Source: Azolla caroliniana
Lineage: Eukaryota; Plantae; Polypodiophyta
Reading direction: 5' to 3'
Assembly (NCBI GenBank): GCA_043228905.1
Contig: JBHGNT010001056.1
Location: 1-12,510 of the forward strand
DNA: 12,510 nt
In this document: positions 1-8,743 of the stretch, in pieces
How positions within the stretch are numbered: position 1 is the stretch's first letter
How the letters are laid out: every line of letters begins with the position of its first letter
Made by a program: the position numbers and the translations under genes
Notes under the pieces: generated by a model
The model's input: only the letters and a program-made list of their open reading frames with translations
What the model was told of the DNA's origin: nothing
The model's database searches: none

Positions 1-634
1 GAGGCTTCACTGTGGAGCCATTTAGAAAACAGTTAAGGTGGAAAAGCTAATTCAAGAAGATCAGTGTATGCGATTGTAAATAATTGTGAAGTAGATGGGA
101 CACCAATTGTAGTTGCAGGTGAGGGGCTGCGTCTTGTTATATAAACCAGACAGTGCAGAAGGTTTTGCATGATAAGATGATACATTGCATAAACAGGATG
201 GCAAGGAAATGATGGGAAATACTTGTTTTGGGCATTTTACCAATCACATGGGCCCTTTCAGACACTCTTGTTTTTCCTTTGCACAGTTTAAAGAGGATTC
301 TGCTTGGTCTTCGTCAACTCCTTAGAGTAGGAGCCTTGATTTTCCTGTTTTTGGATCAGTCTTCTCTCGTTTTTTTTTCATTTTCAGGCTGGCTTCTTCA
401 AGAGCATTTGGAGTTATGCTCCTTGGCTACATGCATACTCTACTTTGTCAGCTACACAGTTTTCATCTTCAGTTTTCTGTATACCGTACATAGCTTTGTA
501 CATATCAGACATTCTGGCATACATTGTTCAGCCTATGGGTTTTATGCATGTTTCATAGAGTGATACAGATTTATGGACATTGTTTCAGTGATGTGAATGG
601 GAGAAAAGAATGGAATGATCAGGGTGGCTTGATG

Positions 635-644
635 CCTATAAATA
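635..644 (+). promoter_or_regulatory. Candidate TATA box (CCTATAAATA)
   Basis: Matches the plant TATA consensus, ~1 kb upstream of the PAT CDS. Its link to the gene is unproven and would need a long or spliced 5' UTR. Confidence 0.3.
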
Positions 645-1657
645 AGTAGCCATTATATAGGCACAAACACCAGGTACATGCATGACTGGGCTAAAATATT
701 ACCAGGATTATGCAGATCAGCATAACAAATATCATGATCACATGAAAATAATAATAATAGAGAAGTCAGATCCTTTGGTTTATTACGTTCCTCAGGACGT
801 TGACTTTTGACTCCTGCAGGCCAGGACACAATTAGATACACGGAGAGATCATTGCATACATCTACTTGGTCAATATTAGAGCAAAGTTTTATGCACCTGA
901 ATGTATGAGCTCGAATTGTTCTCATGACAAAATTCATGCTGATATTTCTTGTGAGAAGATTATGTTTTATCAGTTTAGTAGGCAACTATAATGTAACATC
1001 ATCAGAAGAAGCTTTAGCTGGCCTCAATGGTTTTGATGCACATTCATCTTGACAACAAATTTCTGGTTTTAGAAAAAGGAGATGATTTAAGATAATCTCT
1101 ACATATGCATCTCATTATTTTATGGTTGCAGATTGCTCAATTTATATGCATCTCATTATCTGCAATTTGTCTTTCTGTCTTACTTACTACGAGGTTAGAT
1201 ATTAAATTTTGGAAATGTATTTCTTCTTGAGATCCTGTCTCTGGTTCCAGAAATGCTGGTCATTAATTTGAATATTACCTGTAAACTGTGAGAGCTATAG
1301 AATGTTAAAAGTATTTGAATAGCAAAGAAACGTTGTGAAAAAAGGTCTAAGACAAGGTTATGCAATATGTTCAATCCATTTAATGCATATTTGATCGTAA
1401 TGTTGAAAAATTTGGCCACTTGCACATTGCTTTTTTTACGTCCGATTTAAATACCATAGAGACAGAAACACATACAACAGTGGAACCTATATATGGTTCC
1501 ACAATAATAAGGCCTCTTTTTGCTTAAGAGAAGTCAATGTGATGCTGTGTGAACTTAAATCATTAGTTGCATATCAATGATCTGTATTTATGTCTTTTGA
1601 TTTATCCACACTCTTAGGGTGTACTAGGTATCAATATCACTTTGTTCCGCTAACAAA

Positions 1658-1919
1658 ATGGAATGGTTCTCTGTTTCTCAGCAGTTGCAGAAACAAGAGA
1701 ATAGGCAGGTACCATCTGAAGCTTATGAAACAGAATGTTGGGGATGTGGGCTTCGTTTACTTCTTCCCTCTATTGTTCCTGCATACAAGTGTGGCTTTTG
1801 TGGGGCTATTTCAACCAGTGATAACGAGAAGAAAAAGGATGGATGGTACATCAAGTGTACAAATGCTTTGGACCATGCAGTAGTTACTATTATAATCATC
1901 TTGATGCTTCTTGTTATTT
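1658..1919 (+). CDS. PAT11: PAT11-like first visible coding exon (CxxC-x14-CxxC finger and TM1)
   Basis: ATG in strong context (ACAAAATGG). Ends at donor T|GTAAGT (GT 1920-1921, phase 1). The 5' edge could instead be a splice acceptor at 1682, 1685 or 1691. Confidence 0.8.
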
Positions 1920-3038
1920 GTAAGTTGAACACTTTCCTTTTGTACTCTCTGGGCCTTTAAAATAAGACACTAAAGTCATTTGAGGTTATTTATGTGATCT
2001 CTAATGTCTCATAATGATTTGAACTTATGCTTTAACAGGTGGTGGAATGTGGGTTGTTTTCCCTATTCTATTCTCCGATTTCAGCTTTTCTTTTTACGTT
2101 CATCTTGTAATCACAGCTCTTCTTGCCTTCAACACCTTATTCAATTACTGCAATGCAGCATTAGTGCAAGCAGGTCCCCTACCACAGATAGCTTGGGGAA
2201 GCGTTGAATTCATAACTCCAGGTGCTTTAGAGGGACATCGCTTTTGTTCAGTTTGTGAGAAACCAAAACCACCTAGAGCTCACCATTGTAGAGCTTGTAA
2301 GACTTGTGTACTGGACATGGATCATCATTGCCCCTTCGTAAGTGAAAATTTCCCTAAGTTGCCTCATACTTAATTTATGTGGATAATCTTTCTACACACA
2401 TTTGACACTTGATTTTCTTTACACTAGTCAAGGATTATCTTTCCTTACAAATTTGAAACTTTGATTTGCTTTGTCTTTGGAAATGGATCATCTTTTTGAA
2501 AAACAAAAGTTCATACTTGATGCTTGCTTTTGTTCAGATTGGAAATTGTGTGGGAGCAGCAAACCACCGGTCATTCCTCATGTTTCTCCTATTTGCTGTC
2601 ATTAGTAGCATTTATGTGTTCCTCATGTCGGTGGTGACGGTTGTCAAGATTTGGAATAATCTCTTCTATTATAGAGAAATGCAAAGGGCTAGCCAGAATA
2701 TGGGCAGGGCGGGATTGTTTGTTTCTTTTCTTCAGGCATTGGTTGTGAGCTCATTTTCTTCCTCTGTGAGAGCCCTTGGGTTACTCTATCTTGTTGCATT
2801 GAGTCTGGCAGTAACAATAGGTGTTGGGCTTCTATTATATCAACAAATGAAGCAATTGTATGATGGGAATACATTATTAGATTCTCTTCAGCAACAGAAG
2901 AATGGAATGCTTCGGGCTACAGACCCTCGAATCAGAGGCTGGAGCAATCTTAAAAGGGTGTTTGGATATGGACATCCTCTCTGCTGGATGCTTCCTAAAT
3001 TGGCTGATATTCAAACCACAAAAATACATGATAAGTAA
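1658..3038 (+). CDS. PAT11: DHHC-type protein S-acyltransferase (palmitoyltransferase), plant PAT11-like; spliced CDS join(1658..1919,2039..2337,2538..3038), 353 aa if started at ATG 1658
   Basis: Three ORF segments join in frame across two GT-AG introns (262+299+501=1062 nt). The product has the full DHHC cysteine-rich domain (FCSVCEKPKPPRAHHCRACKTCVLDMDHHCPF|IGNCVGAANHRSF; DHHC codons 2320-2331), four hydrophobic TM-like segments and a C-terminal GWSNLKRVFG motif. The N-terminal CWGCGLRLLLPS...KCGFCGAI segment and VICGGMW junction resemble Arabidopsis PAT11 as recalled. The exact start codon is less certain than the rest. Confidence 0.92.
1920..2038 (+). other. GT-AG intron, 119 nt, phase 1
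   Basis: GTAAGT...TTTAACAG, T-rich, with a CTAAT branch-like motif at 2001-2005. Splicing rebuilds T+GT=Cys in LLVICGGMW. Confidence 0.9.
2039..2337 (+). CDS. PAT11: PAT11-like coding exon (TM2 and DHHC cysteine-rich domain up to DHHCPF)
   Basis: Acceptor AACAG|GT and donor TTC|GTAAGT. Encodes CSVCEKPKPPRAHHCRACKTCVLDMDHHCPF. Confidence 0.95.
2338..2537 (+). other. GT-AG intron, 200 nt, phase 0
   Basis: GTAAGT...CTTTTGTTCAG. Splicing joins DHHCPF to IGNCVG, the expected DHHC-domain continuation. Confidence 0.92.
2538..3038 (+). CDS. PAT11: PAT11-like terminal coding exon (NCVG..NH, TM3, TM4, PaCCT-like motif, stop TAA 3036-3038)
   Basis: Acceptor TTCAG|ATT, then an open frame IGNCVGAANHRSFLMFL...GWSNLKRVFGYGHPLCWMLP...KIHDK*. 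Confidence 0.95.
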   Translation: MGNCVGAANHRSFLMFLLFAVISSIYVFLMSVVTVVKIWNNLFYYREMQRASQNMGRAGLFVSFLQALVVSSFSSSVRALGLLYLVALSLAVTIGVGLLLYQQMKQLYDGNTLLDSLQQQKNGMLRATDPRIRGWSNLKRVFGYGHPLCWMLPKLADIQTTKIHDK

Positions 3039-3199
3039 TTTGTAAACTGTATGTATATACTTTACATTTTAGTATCTCTATGTTCTTTGTAGATGGAACT
3101 GGAATGTGTTGATCCCTCATTAAGTCCTTTTTGTATGTCACATTATTTCATTGGGGGTCATTTTCTCAATGATAATCATGCAATAACTAAAGAGAGGGC

Positions 3200-3205
3200 A
3201 ATAAA
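3200..3205 (+). terminator. Candidate polyadenylation signal AATAAA
   Basis: AATAAA ~160 nt after the stop, preceded by a T/G-rich 3' UTR with several TGTA motifs (3041-3135). Confidence 0.5.
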
Positions 3206-3221
3206 AAATTTCACTTAATGT

Positions 3222-3375
3222 CAACAATATGACAATATCTGATAAGTATCCCTGTACTAAAGTTGAGTTTGTAGACAACAAGTCTGTTTAGAAAGGGGCA
3301 ACAATATGACAATATCTGATAAGTATCCTTATACTAAAGTTGAGTTTGTAGACAACAAGTCTGTTTAGAAAGGGG
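3222..3375. repeat. Tandem duplication, 2 x 77 bp, 75/77 identical
   Basis: 3222-3298 and 3299-3375 (CAACAATATGACAATATCTGATAAGTATCC...GTCTGTTTAGAAAGGGG) differ only at CTG(3252-3254)/TTA(3329-3331). CA microhomology at the junctions. Confidence 0.97.
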
Positions 3376-4930
3376 CATATTCCTTTGGGCGGAGTTTTTA
3401 TGAACCAAAAAGTATGGAGCTGTAACTCTGGCCTTCAAGAGTATTGTCTCTAAAGAACAACAGTTATGCATGTCCGCAAATGCCCACACATAAGGTTTGA
3501 ACTAATAGTAACAGATAGTATTTTAATCATTACTAGCATTAACAGCTGCTTTCTTTCACTTGAAACAGTTATTTAGTTACATCATTGTCCTTGTGAACCT
3601 GATCCAAGTTCAAGATCATCAAGTAGCTCTGTGGTTCTTTACTCAATTTATTTGAAACATGCCCATACATTTCTCGTGTAACTTGTTCGACTTCATCTAT
3701 AACCAGATAATAATTTACTGTTTGCGGACATAAACATTGTTTGTGTTGTCTTAAGTGTTCACGGGTTTGTATTTTTATTATGGTTGGTGTTCCTTAGGTG
3801 GGTTCTCTTTTTCCAACATTCGCTTCTCTACAAATTTGTCAAGTTTTGAATCTTGGTCTCATTCCACATCGCATATCGATTTCCATAATTCCTCAAAGCA
3901 CTAGTTGTCATTGGACTAGTCTCAAATCAATGTCAACATCATAATGTCCATAATTATTGCATATAGGCATTTGTGTTCTGCTTTTCTTGTGTTGCACATT
4001 GGCCTACTAACTCAAATGGTTCACTCATCAAATGCTTTAAAAGCTCCTCAACAATATTTAGGGAGGAGGATCTATAATTATTTGGGTTATGTGCAATACT
4101 TATACTTTAGAATAATAAAAAATGATAACATGCATAATAATATCACAATAACCAATAGTTTCAGGCCTAGCAAATGGTTAACTTTGATGATTTTGAACTT
4201 CATAAAAAATTATTTGCTCGTGGATAATAAGGTTGTAGCCTAAGGTTGAAAAGCATAATCTTGAGCGCAATTTTGAGTTTGAACATACTGTTACATGAAA
4301 TATGTTCATGCAAAGTTTATTCTTATGATCAATGAAGCTATATTGATATTCTATAATGCTTCCCACAATTGATCATTCTTGTGTCTATAATAAATGAGAC
4401 TAGATGTTCATGCCACTTACCATTTCTTTGAGGCTAAATATCCATGTCATTTTCCATTCATGTAAATATAGCCACTAGTTAATACATTGGCGCCCATGCA
4501 ATTTAACATTCCTCTTAAGTTAGATATCCATATCATTAACTATTCATCTAAAAGATAGGTAATAGTTAATAGTAAATGCATAGAGAATGTACCTCTACAC
4601 ATTATGACTCATCATGTAGGTCTCCACCTCACGACACATATCCTAAATAACTTACAAAGGATGAACGTTTGCACTTTATTATGCATATAAAATTACAAAA
4701 TTACTCATATTACATGGTTTCATAAAATAAAATAGGTAAGAGTTACATTAATGGCATCACTATGCAACAAATAAGGTTCAACTTTCACATGATTATTTTA
4801 TGAAAAAGGTTTTTTAGGGAAAAATACTAACACTTCTCAATAAATATTGGCTTGTGGTAAAAATCCATCCAAAATTTTGATCATGACTACTGTCATCCTT
4901 CATTATTTACATAGCTAATTAATGTGAATG

Positions 4931-4980
4931 TTTAACTTGACGTTGTATTGCAACATTTAACTTGATGTTGTATTGTGATA
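4931..4980. repeat. Tandem duplication, 2 x 25 bp, 21/25 identical
   Basis: TTTAACTTGACGTTGTATTGCAACA then TTTAACTTGATGTTGTATTGTGATA. All four differences are transitions. Confidence 0.9.
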
Positions 4981-5905
4981 CTTTGCTTGAAAGGAATAAT
5001 TGATTTGGTACTTTCCAAATCGTAGATGGCATTTTGGTAATTTCCTATAATCATGTGGGCCAAAATGGGCTTCAAATTCCAGAATTTATTATGGATGTAC
5101 CTCCACACAATCAGATGCATCATAAATCGGTTCAAGAGGATGTATCTTTATTGTTTACATATTAAAATGAACGATGAACTTTCCTAACCAATGGGAAAGT
5201 AGCTTCATTTTGGAAATAAAATAAAATTGAACGATGAATTATTTTCATAATGTAAGGCAACAATGGTGATTTATTGGTAAAAACACATGATGTGGAATAC
5301 CTACCATTTGAAGGTTGCATAGCCATCCCTTTCATCTTGAACATTCAAATTTTAAGAGCTAGGCAAGTGGAAATTTAAATTTAAAGTTGTGCTCTAAGTA
5401 AGAAAGGAAAACTTAATGTTAATTCATTAAGAGATATGTGAATGAAAAATTACCATTGAGGTCCGTAGTTTAAAATTAAGGCAAACTTAGTGCTATCATG
5501 CATAACACTTATGTATCTATGATCTCTCTCATATTCAATATATTCAATTGCCTTACATTTTTATTTTAGCAACATGGTGCAAAAGTGGAGCACGTCCCTC
5601 TGTTTCCAGGGGTAACAACGACACAACAATTTCAAACATAAGATTGTAAGTTTGTAGAGAAAGGTTTCAATGACATTGCAATGCTTTTGTCAAAATATAT
5701 TGGTTTAATGTTGAATTATTATTATTTTCAAAAAAAAAACTCTTCATTAGTAGACTTTTGCATACATGACAAAATGATTAGGCTGAAAACATTACAATGG
5801 CTTTAGCCATGATGATCTACAACAAAGCATAAAGAAGCAGAGTGAAGACTAAAAAGAATGACATTTGACATCCTATATGTAATGAACGTCTAGCAAAACC
5901 CCTTT

Positions 5906-6571
5906 TCAGGATGATTCATCCTGACATTCTTCCATTGAACAATCAACACATACTAGTGCCTTCGAATTAGCTGAAAAATTCCCTGCATTGTGGAAGGAGT
6001 GGATATCCTGAGAGTGTTCCTTAATTTTACTTTCAAAAGGAAGAGGTTGACTTAAATTCTCCACACAAGAATCCATGCTAAAAATATTTTCAGCCAAAAC
6101 ATTAGGCTCAATTTGTCAACATTTGAGTTAGTGAATGATACACATCGAGTTGTCACCTACAACATGCTTGGCAAATTTCTGTACTTCAAAACCTGCTTCA
6201 ACTACTGCATTTGTAGACACCAAACTTTCCATGATGCCCATGGAGCTGTTTTCTTCAACATATGTGTACAACAATATATTATTTTGTTGAAGAGAGAAAG
6301 TATAATCTTGGACTACATTTTGAAACAAGTTCACAGATTCTATACTAATACATGCTTCAACTTCAACATCACACTCTTCTATTGATTGACTCACATCAGA
6401 CATCACAACCAAGTATGCATGCTCACCAAAAGGCTTTATATCGTCATTCAGATCTACATAAGAAAGAGTCTCTTCCGGATGTTCCAACTCTTTCATACAT
6501 TCTATTTCATTATAAACATTCTCAAAAGAGTGAGTTTCATCGAATGTTTTCATAACAACAATTTGATCCAT
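5906..6571 (-). pseudogene. Interrupted Glu/Asp/Ser/Val-rich reading frame (~220 codons, two internal stops), function unknown, possibly TE-associated
   Basis: ORFs 6128..6571 and 5906..6097 share one frame, separated by TAA (6130-6128) and TGA (6118-6116). Both parts have a similar acidic composition. No domain recognised. Confidence 0.5.
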
Positions 6572-6967
6572 TCAAGTAAATGTGAGTTGTGAAAGGCCTT
6601 CCGAAATTAGCGTGAATAACACCAACGATAAGGGAGCAACAACTTAATTCTTTTCTTACGTTCACATTACTTACCTCCTTGTTTTAAAACTCTTCACCAA
6701 AATGAAGTCACATATAAAGGACATGGCTTCAAAGCCCTACTTTCACATTTGCATTACAACAAATGTCACTTCTCCTAGATCTTTGTCTCTAAGACATTCA
6801 AATATCATCTCGATCAACTCTCTCCACCCCCCTAATATAGCATAATTGAGAAATTTTGCATATGATTAGAGAAATTGTGAGGGATTGGTCATGAGAAATA
6901 TTGTCATAGATTCAATGTTTATTTAAAGAAATTAAGATTAGTCACAAAATAGTGAAACATATAGAGA

Positions 6968-7511
6968 TGTAGGCGCTCAACAAATATGGTGTGTACATTC
7001 AAGTGGCATCTAATAAAGAATATGTATGCAGTAATAGAGGTGTGAAATTTAGGTCTCCACCCCAAGGCCCTTACCACTAGGGTAAGCCAATTAGAGCAAA
7101 AAAGGGAAATGTGCAATATATTTAAACATGTTAATGGATATTTGCTAGCATTAGGCAACCATGTTAGGATTGTGATGTCATGAGTTAGAGAGAGAGAGAG
7201 AGAGAGATGTAATGCCCAAAATGGAGTTTTCATAATTGGTTGACGAAAAGAACTTGGTTGTTTGTGAAAGTTTCACTTGCATGGCACACTACATAAGATG
7301 TACCATGGTGGTGGTGACATGGTGGAGGCAAACTGGCAATACCATCTTCTATTCTATATAAAAGTGTTTCTTTCACGAGCAATGTAAGCCCCAATTGTTA
7401 AAGCCATTTGGGTGGTTAAATGGAAATTTAGTAGTAGTAAGTGGAATAATTTTGTAATTCTTACGACAAGTTTTCACTTAGGGTGCAAAAGCTTAACCCC
7501 TCCACCCTACA
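6968..7511 (+). mobile_element. Candidate solo LTR remnant
   Basis: TGTAGG (6968-6973)...CCTACA (7506-7511) inverted termini, flanks AGAGA/AGATA (4/5 TSD match) and an internal TATATAAA at 7355-7362. Boundaries are ambiguous (alternative start 7208, alternative end 7716). Confidence 0.3.
7187..7207. repeat. (AG)10 microsatellite
   Basis: Ten perfect AG units plus a final A. Confidence 0.97.
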
Positions 7512-8348
7512 AGATATTGTTTGGCTACCTTAGGTATTAGGGTCTCTGATAAAATTAGGGTATGAGAAGTTATATTTGCTCGATGGTTTCCACGGAGTAC
7601 CATAACAAGTATGTGTGGTAAAAAGAAAAGGACTTGATTGTTTTCACAATTATCTAATCTTTAGAGCATGAAGTATTTTACGTAAGAAAGTTTGGTGTGA
7701 TTAGAAGGATCCTACAAAAGGGACACAAGTCAATGAGTTAGATTGCCAAGTGAAGGCCTTTTGAATTATGTTGGCAATTCTATATTGCAAATACACAATG
7801 GATGTTCTTCCATAATCAGACAATGTATTTCTAAAGTTTCTCAGTCAATCCCATCATTTCAAATCTTGAAATGCTGAAAAGTGTTTCCTTTCATGTACAT
7901 GGTATAGTGAAGATACGTCTCATACCTTACTTTCTAAGTATATACTTATGAGATGCTCATTCATAGACTTTATCCATGAAATGGATCAATGATTATGAAT
8001 CTTCCTAGCTATAGTGTTACGATTTAAAAGACTTACTAAAATGAAGATATGATCTAGAAAAGATGTTACGATTCTTCACTTTAGTTTCAAGGTCATATAT
8101 TTCAGATTTGATTTTGCATCATACCTTTCTAGTAAAACCATTCTAACATTTTATATATTTACAACAATGCCCCCTAGTTTTCCAAAAGTATCAATCCATT
8201 CCTTCATTTTTAAATACAAAATATGCCTCTATAATTTGATTTGTTTTTTCTCTCAAACTCATACCAAACACATATGAAGTATCGAATACCCTACTACTAC
8301 CGTACGGCCAATCATACACACACACATATAATTACTCACAAGTGGGAT

Positions 8349-8743
8349 TGTTAGAAATAAAGGACTAAAGAAGCCCAAACTGAAACCCCCATATATTGTT
8401 TGAAATCAGTGTTGAAATGTGGGTTGTGATTAACCTCATATGTGTGTTAAGGCGTTTAAAATAGAACTATGTGAAGGTGCATGCTTCAAGTGATAACAAT
8501 GGTGTTGGGATTACGAACATAACGAGAGAGTATTCAAGAAACATACAATATTAAACATTGTGCTCATATATTGAGGAGAGATTAAGACCAATTGGCTCAA
8601 AGGTTCTCCCCTTTTTTTTATCACCTTCGCGGTAGTGTAACACACTGTTAATATCCAATTACATAAAGACATGTAAATAGGAATAGTAGTTATAATTTGT
8701 TGATATGAAGGATCACATGAAAGGACGTTAGGGCAATCTAACA
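8349..8743. mobile_element. Candidate LTR remnant, 395 bp (Copia-like termini)
   Basis: Perfect 7-bp inverted termini TGTTAGA...TCTAACA. Preceded by purine-rich CAAGTGGGAT and followed by TGGAATCTAAGT (8/12 match to the tRNA-iMet PBS TGGTATCAGAGC). No second copy in the window. Confidence 0.35.

Noticed and set aside
228-563. 111-aa hydrophobic + strand ORF
   Set aside because: Non-ATG start and an F/L/S-rich translation that simply reflects T-rich intron/UTR-like DNA; no motif.
653-985. 110-aa minus-strand ORF
   Set aside because: No recognisable domain and a non-ATG start; likely chance.
1103-1159. 16-bp direct repeat ATATGCATCTCATTAT (1103-1118, 1144-1159)
   Set aside because: Real but only two copies of a short local duplication; no array, not CRISPR-like, no supportable function.
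1590-2874. Overlapping ORFs 1590..1883, 1723..1932, 2004..2207, 2689..2874, and the ORF extensions 1920-1960, 2338-2373, 2466-2537
   Set aside because: Shadow frames of the PAT exons or read-through into introns.
3781-4060. Protein-like minus-strand fragments (NIVEELLKHLMSEPFEL, CFEELWKSICDVE)
   Set aside because: Broken by stops and frame changes; I cannot assign a family.
4488-4496. TGGCGCCCA after ...ATACA-T, like a tRNA-Lys PBS following an LTR end
   Set aside because: Only 9 nt match, similarity stops there, and no matching LTR start or gag follows.
7935-7948. 14-bp perfect palindrome TAAGTATATACTTA
   Set aside because: About one such AT-rich palindrome is expected by chance in 12.5 kb.
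7769-8180. Minus-strand CTAGGGGGCAT|TGTTG junction at 8166 with TGTTG at 7769 as a possible other LTR end
   Set aside because: Short purine tract and only 5-bp termini; within chance expectation without a second copy.
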